Positions 19,970 to 31,672 of a stretch of 64,000 nt of DNA are shown piece by piece. The notes beneath the pieces are model-generated. The model had not been told where the DNA came from and did not search any database. It saw only the letters and a list, made by a program, of their open reading frames with translations. The number at the start of each line of letters is the position of its first letter. Position 1 is the first letter of the stretch. A program made the translations under genes and the position numbers. This stretch comes from Hydrurus foetidus (taxonomy: Eukaryota). Location of the stretch: positions 62,001 through 126,000 of the forward strand of contig UYFQ01000839.1 of assembly GCA_900617105.1 (NCBI GenBank), in the 5' to 3' direction.

Positions 19970-21761
19970 GTGATTTGAAGCGGTCCTTGAGCGAGGCGGC
20001 CGCAGCCGCCTTCCGCCGCCGGACTATCTCCCGAATTCGGGCGTGTCACGACGTCCGACCGCCCGACCTTGCCGATTTCCAGTCCAATGGCGCCCTTGCC
20101 GCCGCCAAAGCGCCAAGGTCAATCCGCGCGAGCTGGCCGTGCAGGTGGTCGATCACCTGCGCGCGATCCGCGCCTGTCTGTCAGTCGGAATGGCAGGACC
20201 CGGCTTTATCAATGCGTGTCAGCGCTGAGGCCCTGTCGGCCCGCGCCAAGGAGATTGCCGCCGATCCCCGCGTCGGCGCCGCCCTGGTCGAGGAGCCGCG
20301 CAAGGTCGTGATCGACTATGGCGGCCCAACGTCGCCAAGCCGATGCATGTGGGCCACCTGCGCGCCTCGATCATCGGCGAGTCGGTCAAGCGCCTGTACC
20401 GGTTCCGCGGCGACGACGTGGTGGGCGACGCCCATTTCGGCGACTGGGGCTTCCAGATGGGCCTGCTGATCGTCGCGGTGATGGACGAGCATTCGTTCAT
20501 CCAGGCCCTGATGGAAAAGCTGCCCGAAGCGCCGCGCGGCTTCACCAAGGCCGACGAGGACAAGGTGCTGGCGGAGTTCGTTCCGCTGGTCAGCCTGGCC
20601 GACCTGGACCGCCTGTATCCCCTGGCGTCGGCCCGTCAGAAGGAAGATCTCGACTACAAGGAGCGGGCCCGTCGGGCGACCGCCGAGCTGCAGAACGGCC
20701 GCTTCGGCTACCGCCTGCTGTGGCGCCATTTCGTCAATGTCAGCCGCGTGGCGCTGGAGCGCGAGTTCCACGCCCTTGGCGTCGACTTCGACCTCTGGAA
20801 GGGCGAGAGCGACGTCCAGGAGCTGATCGCGCCGATGGTGCGCCAGCTGGAGGACAAGGGCCTGCTGGTCGAGGACCAGGGCGCGCGCATCGTCCGGGTG
20901 GCCCAGGAGGGCGACAAGCGCGACGTGCTGCCCCTTCTGGTGGTCTCGTCGGAAGGCTCGGCCATGTATGGCACGACCGATCTGGCGACCATTCTGGACC
21001 GGCGCAGCACCTTTGACCCGCACCTGATTCTCTACTGCGTTGACCAACGTCAGGCCGATCACTTCGAGACGGTGTTCCGCGCCGCCTATCTGGCCGGCTA
21101 CGCCGAGCCGGGCACGCTGGAGCATATCGGCTTTGGCACCATGAACGGCAGCGACGGCAAGCCGTTCAAGACCCGCGCCGGTGGCGTTCTGAAGCTGCAC
21201 GACCTGATCGAGATGGCCCGCGAAAAGGCCCGCGAGCGCCTGCGCGAAGCCGGCCTCGGCGCCGAGCTGTCAGAGGAAGCCTTCGAGGACACCGCCCACA
21301 AGGTGGGGATCGCGGCCCTGAAGTTCGCCGACCTGCAGAACTTCCGCGGCACGTCCTACGTCTTCGATCTCGACCGCTTCACCAGTTTCGAGGGCAAGAC
21401 CGGGCCCTACCTGCTGTACCAGTCGGTGCGCATCAAGAGCGTACTGCGCAAGGCTGCAGAAGCCGGGGTTCAGGCCGGTCGGATCGTCATCGGCCAGCCG
21501 GCCGAGCGCGATCTGGCCATGCTGCTGGACGCCTTCGAGGGCGCGCTGACCGAGGCCTATGACAAAAAGGCTCCCAACTTCGTGGCCGAGCACGCCTACA
21601 AGCTGGCTCAGACCTTCTCGAAGTTCTATGCGGCCTGCCCGATCATGAGCGCCGACGACGAGCCGACCCGCGCCTCACGCCTCAATCTGGCCCAGACCAC
21701 CCTGCGCCAACTGGAGCAGGCCCTGGAGCTGCTGGGCATCGAAACGCCGGACCGGATGTAG
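19966..21761 (+). CDS. argS: Arginyl-tRNA synthetase, frameshifts in the 5' part
   Basis: [17 protein letters not shown] (HIGH motif), GDWG, YGTTDLA, FKTR.G, TGPYLLY. Confidence 0.95.
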
Positions 21762-21779
21762 GTCTCGGGTCGGTCTTCG

Positions 21780-21837
21780 AGCCAGAGCATTTTCCGACGA
21801 AGTGGACGCCGGTTCGTCGTCAGAAAATGCTCTGGCT
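21780..21837. repeat. Short palindromic repeat element between argS and the MCP gene
   Basis: 15-bp perfect inverted arms AGCCAGAGCATTTTC / GAAAATGCTCTGGCT around CGACGAAGTGGACGCCGGTTCGTCG. Confidence 0.7.
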
Positions 21838-23580
21838 TACGGTGAAGCGCTTGATCAGCTTGCCCAACTCGCCGGCTTCCCGGGTCAGCCGTGCCGCTGC
21901 GGTGGTCTGTTCGACCATGGCGGCGTTCTGCTGGGTGACGTGATCCATTTGTCCGACGGCGGTGTTGACCTCAGCAAGGCCGATCGCCTGCTGCTGAGCG
22001 GCAGAGGCGATCGTGCTGGATCAATGTCTGATCCTCCGAAATGATCGACGACGCCCGCCGCCTTTCGCCCACCCGGACGACCAGTCCTACGCCGCCTGAC
22101 GCCGTCCGAGACTCCTGTGACCAGGGTCTGATCTCCTGGCGTCGGCGGAGCGCTGGGCGAGGGCGCGCACTTCCTGGGCGACCACGGCAAAGCCGCGGCC
22201 CTGCTCGCCGGCGCGGGCGGCCTCGACCCCGGCGTTCAGCGCCAGCAGGTTGGTCTGAAGGCGATCTCACGATCACCGTGACGATCTGGCCGATCTTCTA
22301 CGAGGCGTCGATGTTCCATGGCGGTTATGGTTCGTTGGCGACGGCGCTGACTTGCCGACCATGGTGCGGTTTACCGCTGTGGCCTTTGAGCTTCGCCGAG
22401 GCGTTCGCCGTCTGCCGGATGGTGGCGGTGACCTCACCGAGCGCCGCCAGCCGTCTCTCTGCAGATTGGCGGCCTGTTGTTCACAGCGTGGCGGCCAGGT
22501 CGTCGAGGCCGAGGAGATTTCGCGGAGCCGCTGTCGACCGCGCCTCGTGCTGGCCATGCGGCTCATGGTCTCTTCCGCGCTCGTATAGAGCTGTTGAAGT
22601 CGGCCCGCAGGCGCTCGAACTCCCGGGGGAAGGTTTCGTCGACCCGACGGGTCAGGTCGCCTTCCGCCAACTGCCTCAGGCCGGATCCCAGGCATGCGAC
22701 GACCTTCTGTCGCAGCGCGCGCTCCTCGGCTCGTGCAGCCTCGGCCGCCCAATCCTGCTCCTGCGCCTGCTTCAGATGCTCGAGCTGCTTTGGCCGCCTG
22801 TCGCTCAAGCGATGCCGTCCGGAAACTGTCGACCGAACGGGCCATGTCGCCGATCTCGTCAGCGCGTCCCCGCATCGGCACCTCATGGGTGAAGTCTCCG
22901 GCCGCCAACCGTCCCATGTAGGCGGAGACGCTGGACAGGGGCGTCACCACGAAATTTCGCAGGGTCTTCGTACCAATCACCACGAGCGCGAGCATCAGCA
23001 CGGTCGTCGCGGCCAGCAGGCTAAACGCGATCTTGGTGTTGCGCTCAGCCACGATCACCGAACTGGCCGCAGATTCATTGGCCATGACCGTGAGGTTGTC
23101 GATCACCTTGCGGTGACGCGCATAGATCGGCTCCAACTCGCTAATGGTCGTGTTGATGGCGATGATGTCGCCGGCCTTCAGGGCGGGAGCGTACTTCTTG
23201 TCTACCACTGCCCAGAAGGCGTCCATTTCAGTCTGCGATTGATCCAGGGCAGCCTGGGTTTCCTTGGGCAGGTCAGCCTTCCGCCAATAGTCCCGACGCT
23301 GCTCATCCTGGCTCCTGAGCGACTGCAAGGTCGCCAGTGTCGCCTCGGCCTGGCCGGTGTCCTCGGCGCCGTGGTGCACGAGGAGCATCGCCTCGACCAG
23401 GTAGAGCGGTGGCGGCAGGATGTCGGCCAGCAGCTCGTAGGCATGGGCCTGCTTCTTTGACAAAGGCCCGCCGACCCTGAGTTCAAGCAAAGAGAATACG
23501 GCTGTGGCCGTGGCCAGGATGAAGCCCAGCAGCAAGGCTCCGGCAAAGAGGTTCAGAGCGTCTCGAAGTTTGAGGTTCAT
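21820..23580 (-). CDS. Methyl-accepting chemotaxis protein, heavily frameshifted in the 3' half
   Basis: TM-sensor (DILPPPLYL)-TM-HAMP ([11 protein letters not shown]), [39 protein letters not shown] fragments. Confidence 0.8.
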
Positions 23581-23764
23581 GGCCGGGTCCGCGCCGATCG
23601 TCCTAACAGTTCAGCTTGTGATGGTTAACAGGCCGGCAGCCCCGGCTGCGGCCATGTGTCTCAGGCGATAGCCGAGCCTCCACGACCTGGTTCGAGTGTT
23701 GCGAAAGTGGGTCTGCGCTGGGTCGCGCGCTTGACTCCCCGCGCCCCCTCCAGCATTGAGCCGC

Positions 23765-23986
23765 TGACCCACGCGGGAGACATCGGGATTCGCGTCCCGA
23801 GGCCGAAGGCGCAACCGCCCCGGAAACGCTCAGGCAAAAGGACCGCGCGGGTTTCGGAACGCTGGAAAGAGGCAGTCTGCTCTCCTTTAGAACAGGAAGT
23901 GGGATTGTCCGCCGAAGGAGCAAGGTCGCGCCCTTTTCACTTTGAAGGGTGGCCGGAATCTCTCAGGTCAAAGGGACAGCGGGGGC
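23765..23986 (+). ncRNA. Tandem glycine riboswitch
   Basis: Two aptamers, GGAGA..CCGAAGGCGCAA..CTCAGGCAAAAGGAC and GGAAAGA..CCGAAGGAGCAA..CTCTCAGG..GACAG, upstream of gcvT. Confidence 0.92.
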
Positions 23987-24041
23987 GCTATCGTCTGGTG
24001 AAAGCCGGGCTAGCAGCGCCGTCCCCGTTTGGAGTCCCCGC

Positions 24042-25110
24042 ATGACCGACCAAGATCTCAAGAAGACGTCCTGAACGCCGCGCATCGTCGCCGCCGGTGC
24101 GCGCATGGTGGGTTCGGCGGGTATGACATGCCGGTGCAGTACGAAGGCGTGCTGGCCGAGCACCTTGGACGCGCGAGCACGCAGGCCTGTTCGACGTCTC
24201 GCACATGGGCCAGGCCCGGCTGCGCGGCGCCATCCCGCCCAGTTCGAGAGCGGTCTCTGCCGACTATCAGGGACGCTGAAAGCAGCGCTTATGCCGTGCT
24301 GCTGAACGACAATGGCGGGATCATCGACGATCTGATGGCGGGCAAGCCCGACCACGACGGCCTGTTGTCGTCGTCAACGCCGCAACAAGGACGAGGACTC
24401 GCCTTCTCGGCGCGCTCACCTGACCGGTGACGCGACCTTGACCGTGCTCGACGACCGCGCCCTGATCGCTATCCAGGGTCCGGAGGCGGCCGAGGTCATG
24501 GTGGCCCACGAGCCGGTGCTGGCCAGTTCGGTTCATGGACTGTGCGCCTGATGCCTTCGGGTCGACTGCTACGTCTCGCGCTCGGGCTATACGGGCGAGG
24601 ACGGCTACGAGATCTCGGTGCCGGCCGCCGCGCGGGTCTGGAACACGATCCTCGAGGATAGCGCGTCAAGCCGATCGGCCTTGGCGCGCGCGACAGTCTG
24701 CGTCTGGAAGCCGGACTGCCGCTGCATGGCCACGATATCGATGCGACGACCTCGCCGGTGGAAGGCCCCCTGACCTTCGCCCTCGGAAATCCGATGGAGG
24801 CGGCCGATTTCAACGGCGCCGCGCGCATTGAAGGAACGGGCCGAGAGTCCGTCGCGCGTGCGGGCCTCAATCGTCAGGAGGGCGCCCTGCCCGCGAGGGC
24901 GCGGAAATCGCCGACGCGGACGGCACCGTCATCGGTGTGGTCACTACCGGGCGGCGTCGGACCCAGGGGCGCAACATCGCCATGGGCTACGTCCCGCCCG
25001 CACGCCGGTCATCGGCGCGTGCCTTCAGGTCATCGTGCGGCAAGGCTGCCGCCGAGGTCATCGACCTGCCCTTCGTCGCCCAACGCTATTCGCAAACCCA
25101 AAGTCAAGAG
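24042..25110 (+). CDS. gcvT: Glycine cleavage system T protein, many frameshifts
   Basis: [45 protein letters not shown] fragments; stop position uncertain. Confidence 0.88.
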
Positions 25111-25118
25111 AGACCATC

Positions 25119-25477
25119 ATGCGCTTCACCAAGGATCACGAGTGGGTCGGCTGGACGGCGATGTCGCCACCGTCGGCATCACCAGACACGCTGCCGAACA
25201 ACTGGGTGACGTGGTGTTCGTCGACCCCGGAAGCCGGCAAGACCGTGAAGCAGGGCGACAGCTTCGCCGTCGTCGAGAGCGTGAAGCGGCTTCCGACGTC
25301 TATGCGCCCGTGTCCGGTGACGTGGTCGAGGCCAACGCCGCCCTGGGCGACGCGCCGGAGACCGTTAATGCCGTCCCGAGGGCGGGGCTGGTTCGCGAAG
25401 ATCAAGGTGTCGACGCCTTCGCAGGTCGAGGCCTGATGGACCGCGCCGCCTACGAAGCCTTCCTCTCGACGCTTTAA
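25119..25477 (+). CDS. gcvH: Glycine cleavage system H protein, frameshifted
   Basis: [30 protein letters not shown] lipoyl motif. Confidence 0.9.
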
Positions 25478-25482
25478 GAGAA

Positions 25483-25576
25483 CCCTTCCCCCTTGATGGG
25501 GGAAGGGCAGGGTTGGGGGTGACCCCACCGCTGCAACACCCCCATCCCCGACCCTTCCCCCATCAAGGGGGCCGGG
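25483..25576. repeat. Palindromic intergenic repeat, second copy of the 5167 family
   Basis: CCCTTCCCCCTTGATGGGGGAAGGG..GGGTTGGGGGTG...CACCCCCATCCCCGACCCTTCCCCCATCAAGGGGG. Confidence 0.8.
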
Positions 25577-25593
25577 ATGAAGGACGCCAAATC

Positions 25594-26920
25594 ATGCGTT
25601 ACCTCCCCCTGACCCCCGACGACCGCACGGCGATGCTCGCCGCCATCGGCGTCCAGTCGATCGACGACCTGTTCGTGGACGTGCCCGCCTCCGCGCGGCG
25701 TTCCGGAACCGTCGACCTGCCGCGCGTGCCGGCGAGCTGGAGGTCGAGCGGGCGTTGAAGGCGCTGGCCAAGCGCAATCGGCGGCGGGGGAGGGGCCGTT
25801 CTTTTGCGGCGCGGGGGCCTATCGCCACCATGTGCCGGCCACGGTCGACCACATCATCCAGCGGTCGGAGTTCCTGACCAGCTACACGCCCTACCAGCCG
25901 GAAATCGCCCAGGGCACGCTGCAGGTGCTGTTCGAGTTCCAGACCCAGGTCGCGGCCCTGACCGGGATGGATGTGGCCAATGCCTCGCTTTACGACGGCT
26001 CGACCGCCGCCGCCGAGGCGTGCTGATGGCGACGCGGGTCACGCGCCGGAACAAGGCGGTGTTCCGGGTGGCGTCCCCACTATGTCGAGGCGTCCGAGAC
26101 GGTGGTCCATGCGGCCGGTGTCGCCACCCAGCGCCTGGCCGTCGCCATCGACGCAAGACGCCGTGATCGCCATCGACGCCGACACCGCCTGCGTCGTCGT
26201 CCAGACCCCCAACGTGTTCGGCACGGCCACCGACGTCAGCAAGATCGCCGCCGCCGCCCAGGCCGCCGGCGCGCTGCTGATCGTGGTCACCACCGAGGTC
26301 GTGTCTCTGGGCCTGCTGAAGTCGCCCGGCGAGATGGGCGCCGACATCGTCGTGGCCGAGGGCCAGTCGATCGGCAACGGCCTGAACTTCGGCGGTCCCT
26401 ATGTCGGCCTGTTCGCCTGCAAGCAGTCGCTGATCCGCCAGATGCCGGGCCGGCTGTGCGGCGAGACCGTCGATGCCGATGGCCGTCGCGGCTTCGTCCT
26501 GACCCTGTCGACGCGCGAGCAGCACATCCGCCGCGACAAGGCGACGTCCAACATCTGCACCAACTCCGGCCTGTGCTGCCTGGCGTTCAGCATCCACATG
26601 AGCCTGCTGGAGAGACGGGGCTGCGCCAACTGGCCTGCTGAACCACGAGAGCGCTGGCGACGCGCGACGCCCTGGCCGCCATCCCCGGCGTCGAGATCCT
26701 GACCTCGCGGTTCTTCAACGAGTTCGCCATCCGCGTGCCTGGCAAGGCCGCCGAGGTGGTCGAGACCCTGGCAATCATCGCATCCTCGCCGGCGTGCCCT
26801 ACAGCCGCCTGGCACCCATGTCGGCATGGACGACGTCCTGCTGATCGCCGCCACCGAAACCACGCTGGATGCCGACATCCAGATTCTCGCCAAGTTCTGA
26901 CCAAAGTCCTCGCCCAATGA
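25594..26920 (+). CDS. gcvPA: Glycine dehydrogenase subunit 1, frameshifted
   Basis: [47 protein letters not shown]. Confidence 0.92.
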
Positions 26921-28478
26921 GCATGAACACCGTCGGCCGGCCGACCCGTCCCCACCGTGGTGACACCGACGACAAGCATCCGACCCTGACCGGCGGGCGC
27001 GGCCTGCTGCAGGACGAAGCCCTGATCTTCGAGACCGACGGCTGGTTCAAGACCGGCGTCGATCTCCCGGAGCCTCGGCCGGCGCGTCTGATCTGGGCGG
27101 CTGCTGCGCACTGCGCCAATCGGCCTGCCGGGTCTCTCCGAGCCCGAAGCCGTGCGCCACTATGTGCGCCTGAGCCAGAAGAACCACGCCATCGACCTGG
27201 CGCTGTATCCGCTGGGCTCGTGCACGATGAAGCACAACCCGCGCCTCAACGAGAAGATGGCGCGCCTGCCGGGCTTCGCTGACATCCACCCGCTGCAGCC
27301 GCAATCGACCGTGCAGGGCGCCCTGCAGCTGATGGACCGCCTGGCCCATTGGCTGAAGACCCTGACCGGCATGCCCGCCGTCGCCCTGACGCCCAAGGCC
27401 GGCGCCCATGGCGAGATGTGCGGCATGCTGGCCATCCGCGCCGCTCACGAGGCCAACGGCCAGGGTCATCGCAAGACCGTCCTGGCCCCGACCAGCGCCC
27501 ATGGCACCAACCCCGCCACGGCGGCCTTCGTCGGCTACACCGTGGTCGAGGTGGCCCAGACGGATGACGGCCGCGTCGACCTGGCCGACCTGGCGTCGAA
27601 GCTCGGCGACCACGTGGCCGCCATCATGGTCACCAATCCCAATACCTGCGGCCTGTTCGAGCGCGACGTCGTCGAGATCGCGCGCCTGACCCATGCGGCG
27701 GGGGCCTATTTCTACTGCGACGGCGCCAATTTCAACGCCATCGTCGGCCGCGTGCGCCCGGGCGACCTGGGCGTCGACGCCATGCACATCAACCTGCACA
27801 AGACCTTCTCGACGCCCCACGGCGGCGGTGGGCCGGGTGCGGGTCCCGTGGTGCTCAGCGAGGCTCTCGCGCCCTTCGCGCCCACCCCCTGGCTCGTCCA
27901 CGGCGATGAGGGCTTCGCCCTGGTCGAACAGCGGCGAGGAGGGCGCTGCCAGGCGTTCGGCCGCATGTGTGCCTTCAACGGCCAGATGGGGATGTTCACC
28001 CGCGCCTAGCTACATGATGAGCCACGGGGCCGATGGCCTGCGCCAGGTGGCGCAGGACGCTGTCCTCAACGCCAACTACCTCAAGGCGCGGCTGTCGGAC
28101 GTGATGAGCCCGGCCTTCCCGGACGGGCCGTGCATGCACGAAGCCCTGTTCGACGACAGCTGGCTGGAAGGCACCGGCGTGACCACGCTCGACTTCGCCA
28201 AGGCGATGATCGACGAGGGCTTCCACCCGATGACCATGTATTTCCCGCTGGTCGTCCACGGCGCGATGCTGATCGAGCCGACCGAGACGAGAGCAAGCCG
28301 AGCTGGACAAGTTCATCAACGCTGCGTCTGCTGGCCGGCGCCGCCAGGCCGGCGATGTCGATCGTTTCAAGGGCGCGCCGTTCCACGCCCCCTCAAGCGT
28401 CTCGACGAGACTCTGGCGGCTCGCAAGCCCCGGTTGAGGTGGAAACCTGTGGCTGAAGCGCCACTGGCTGCCGAATAG
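26917..28478 (+). CDS. gcvPB: Glycine dehydrogenase subunit 2, frameshifted
   Basis: PLGSCTMKHNP, SAHGTNPA, NLHKTFSTPHGGGGPG, MLIEPTE. Confidence 0.92.
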
Positions 28479-28610
28479 CAGGGAACTATTTCGAGACGCG
28501 GCGATAGGGCGCCTTTACGACGCCCTTATCGGTCCACATATCAGGCTCGCGCGTCGGGCTGATTGGATTTTCCAGGGAGCAAGCGGAGCGTGTAGTCCGT
28601 TAGCCCCCTC

Positions 28611-29021
28611 ATGAATGTCTCAGTCGCCCTCGCCATGCCGCGCGCACGTTTTTCCCCTGCCGATGATCTCGCCCGCGAGATCGTGGCGCGCGTCCTGCGC
28701 GTCGTGCTGGTCGTGCTTGGCCTGCTGCTGGTGCTGGCCGGCGCGCTGATCGCGCCGCTGCCCGGCCCTCTGGGCCTGCCGCTGACGGTGGTTGGCCTGA
28801 TGCTGGTGCTGCGCAACTCGTTCAAGGCCCGCAAGCAATTCGTGCGCTTTCAGCACGCTCACCCCAAGCTGATCTTCCCGATCCGCCGGCTTCTGCGCCG
28901 CGAGCCCGAGGTGATCCTGGTCGCGTGGCAACAGGCTTTGCGGATCGAGCGGCTGGTAATCCCCCGCCGCTGGCGCGTGGCGGTGCGCTGGCGCAAGTCG
29001 ATCAAGCGCCGTCGTCGGTGA
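28611..29021 (+). CDS. Small basic membrane protein (PGPGW-like), paralog 1
   Basis: Two TM segments around PLPGPLGLP and an Arg-rich tail. Confidence 0.65.
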   Translation: MNVSVALAMPRARFSPADDLAREIVARVLRVVLVVLGLLLVLAGALIAPLPGPLGLPLTVVGLMLVLRNSFKARKQFVRFQHAHPKLIFPIRRLLRREPEVILVAWQQALRIERLVIPRRWRVAVRWRKSIKRRRR

Positions 29022-29464
29022 CGAGCGCCTTAACCGCAGCCATCGAGATCAAGCACAAGGTCCGCCGGCGCGCCCGGTTGGCCTTGCTGCTGCGCGAGTC
29101 GGCGGCGCGCGCCTATCGCATCGCCGCGATCGCCTTCGGCAGCGTGGTGATCCTGGCTGGCGCGGTCTTGACGCCCCTGCCGGGACATATCGGCCTGCCG
29201 ATGCTCGTGATCGGCCTGATGATCGTGCTGCGCTACTCGTTCCAGGCCCGCAAGACCTTTATCCGCTGGCAGCGCCGCCATCCCAAGCTGGTCTTCCCGA
29301 TCCGGCGCCTGATGCGGCGCGAGCCCGAGGTGCTGCTGGTCTTCTGGCAGCAGCTGCTGCGCACGGAGAAGATGATCCTGCGCAAGGCGCGCTGGCGGGT
29401 GCTGAAGCGGGGACGCAAGCACGCCCGCCGGATGTGGAATCAAAGAAAAAGGGCGCAGCCGTAA
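29018..29464 (+). CDS. Small basic membrane protein (PGPGW-like), paralog 2
   Basis: GTGA overlap; PLPGHIGLP and SFQARK.F.R.Q..HPKL.FPIRRL.RREPEV shared with paralog 1. Confidence 0.65.
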   Translation: MTSALTAAIEIKHKVRRRARLALLLRESAARAYRIAAIAFGSVVILAGAVLTPLPGHIGLPMLVIGLMIVLRYSFQARKTFIRWQRRHPKLVFPIRRLMRREPEVLLVFWQQLLRTEKMILRKARWRVLKRGRKHARRMWNQRKRAQP

Positions 29465-29476
29465 GGCCGCGCCCTT
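29446..29476 (-). terminator. Intrinsic terminator of the F0 atp operon
   Basis: AAGGGCGC..GCGCCCTT hairpin followed by a U-run on the minus strand. Confidence 0.65.
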
Positions 29477-29501
29477 GATCGTTTAAGCAGTTCGCCGTCT
29501 G

Positions 29502-30011
29502 CTATTGCAGCTTGGCGGCCATCTGACCGATGGCCGCATCGACCAGCGGATCGCTCTTCAGACCGGCCAGACGCGCCGTCAGGATGGCTTCAGCAGACTG
29601 GGCGGCGAGGTCAACAGCCGCAGCCTTGACGTCCGCCGTAGCCTGGGCTTCGGCCTGAGCGATCTTGCGTTCGGCCATTTCGGCGCGGCGCTTGATCTGC
29701 TCCTCGAGCTTTTCCTTGGCTTCCTCGGCCAGACGCTTGGCGTCAGCCTTGGCGGCCTCGATCATGCCGGCGGCCTGACGTTCGGCGTCCTCGCGCTGCG
29801 CCTTCACATCGGCGAGCAGGGCCTGAGCCTCTTCCCGCAGATGCTGGGCTTCGTCGAGTTCGGCCTTGATCTTGGCGGCATGGGCGTCGAGCGCCCCGAA
29901 CAGGGCGCCGGGCAGGACCTTGAGCACGACCAGCAGGCCGAAGAACAGGACCAGCGCGACCAGAACCCAGAACTCGGGGTTTGAGAGGCTGAAAAGGGAC
30001 TCGTGTTCCAT
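29502..30011 (-). CDS. atpF: ATP synthase F0 subunit b
   Basis: [10 protein letters not shown] segment plus coiled coil [12 protein letters not shown]. Confidence 0.9.
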   Translation of the reverse strand: MEHESLFSLSNPEFWVLVALVLFFGLLVVLKVLPGALFGALDAHAAKIKAELDEAQHLREEAQALLADVKAQREDAERQAAGMIEAAKADAKRLAEEAKEKLEEQIKRRAEMAERKIAQAEAQATADVKAAAVDLAAQSAEAILTARLAGLKSDPLVDAAIGQMAAKLQ

Positions 30012-30023
30012 CGTCGTCTCTCC

Positions 30024-30559
30024 TTACGCCGTAGCGGCCTTGAGCTCAGCGGCCGTGGCCGCCTTGCCCGTCAGCTTCTCGACGATGGCGCTGGCCGTAT
30101 CCGAAGCCACGGCGCCGACATGGCTCATCGCCAGGTCGCGCGCGGCCTGGATGCCGGCCTCGGCGGTCGCCAGCTTTCAGCCAGCACAGCCTCTTCCTTC
30201 GCCTGACGCTCGGCCGCGATGGCCGAAGCCTTGGCCTTGGCGTCCGCCGCAGTCCGTTGGGCCGAAGCGCGAGCCTCGGCGACCTCGGCCGCAGCCGCAC
30301 GGGCCTGGACCTCGGCTTCGTCCTTCAGACGACGGGCGTCGGCGATGTCGCCGGCGATCTTGGCCCCGCGCGTCTCGATCGCGCCGCTGACCCGGGGCAG
30401 CAGGCCCCTGGACAGCACCACGTACAGAACGGCGAAGATGAGCAACAGCCAGACGATCTGGCCGCCCCAGTGCTCGAACTGCAGCTGCGGAAGTCCGCCG
30501 CCACCGTGAGCCTCGGGCGCACCAGTCGTCTCGACCGTGCCGTGAGTTTCCGTCGCCAT
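30024..30559 (-). CDS. atpF2: ATP synthase F0 subunit b', frameshifted
   Basis: GLPQL...GQIVWL...LPRV...R...I.GD. Confidence 0.88.
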
Positions 30560-30635
30560 GGGCGAAGACGCCTCTTAGATAAAAATCAAAGACTCGGAGC
30601 GAGCTGCTTCCGTGGGAAGCGGCTCGCGCCGGGGT

Positions 30636-30860
30636 TTAGGAGAAGAGGATCAGGAAGGCGATGACCAGGGCGAAGATGCCCAGGGCTTCCGTCAGCGCCA
30701 TGCCCAGGAACAGCATCGGACGCTCTTGAGCGGCGGCGGTCGGGTTGCGCAGCGCGCCTTGGAAATAGTTACCGAACATCACGCCCAGGCCGATGCCTGC
30801 ACCGATCATGCCCAGCATCGCCAGACCAGCGCCGATGTACTTCGCGGCTTCAGCTTCCAT
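30636..30860 (-). CDS. atpE: ATP synthase F0 subunit c
   Basis: [22 protein letters not shown]. Confidence 0.97.
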   Translation of the reverse strand: MEAEAAKYIGAGLAMLGMIGAGIGLGVMFGNYFQGALRNPTAAAQERPMLFLGMALTEALGIFALVIAFLILFS

Positions 30861-30905
30861 TGTGAGACTCCTAAAGATCGAAAGGTTGGAAAGGAAAAAA
30901 GGTGA

Positions 30906-31667
30906 TCAGTGGCTGTCGAGGTGCACGACGTCGTTCAGATAGACGCAGGTGAGCACCGCGAACACGAAGGCCTGAAGGAAGGCCACCATGAACTCTAGAG
31001 CCGTCAGAGCAACGACGGAGGACAGGGCCAGCGCCGCGCCGGCCCAGCCGAGCACGCCCATGCCGCCCATGGCGACGACGAAGCCGGCGAAGATCTTCAG
31101 CACCACGTGGCCGCCCAGCATGTTGCCGAACAGACGCAGGGCCAGGGTGACGGGGCGGATCAGGAACGACAGGATCTCGATCGGCACCAGCAGGAAATAC
31201 AGCGGCCACGGCACGCCCGACGGGGCGAACAGCTTGAAGAACTTAAGGCCGTTCTTGGCGAAGCCGACGGCGACCACGGTCAGGATGACCATCAGGCCCA
31301 GGGTCAGGGTCACGGCGATCTGCGACGTGGCGGTGAACACCAGGAACATCCCCTGGATGTTGGCGAACAGCACGAAGATGAACAGGGTGAAGACGAACGG
31401 CAGGTACTTCTTGCCATCGTGGCCAATGATCGACTCGGTCAGGCCGTTGACCAGTCCGTAGAGCATCTCGCCGACGGACTGCAGGCGACCCGGCACCACG
31501 GCCTGTTTCGCAGAAGCCAGGACGTAGAACGCAATGACCAGGGCGGCGGCCAGCATCATGGCGGCCACGGAATTGGTGATCGACAGGTCGATCGCTTGGC
31601 CCAGCACGGTGACGGTCGGCAGTTCCACGATCTTCTGGATCTGGAACTGGTGCATCGGATCGGCCAT
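30906..31667 (-). CDS. atpB: ATP synthase F0 subunit a
   Basis: MADPMHQF, LALRLFGNM, VAFLQAFVF. Confidence 0.97.
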   Translation of the reverse strand: MADPMHQFQIQKIVELPTVTVLGQAIDLSITNSVAAMMLAAALVIAFYVLASAKQAVVPGRLQSVGEMLYGLVNGLTESIIGHDGKKYLPFVFTLFIFVLFANIQGMFLVFTATSQIAVTLTLGLMVILTVVAVGFAKNGLKFFKLFAPSGVPWPLYFLLVPIEILSFLIRPVTLALRLFGNMLGGHVVLKIFAGFVVAMGGMGVLGWAGAALALSSVVALTALEFMVAFLQAFVFAVLTCVYLNDVVHLDSH

Positions 31668-31672
31668 TGGCC

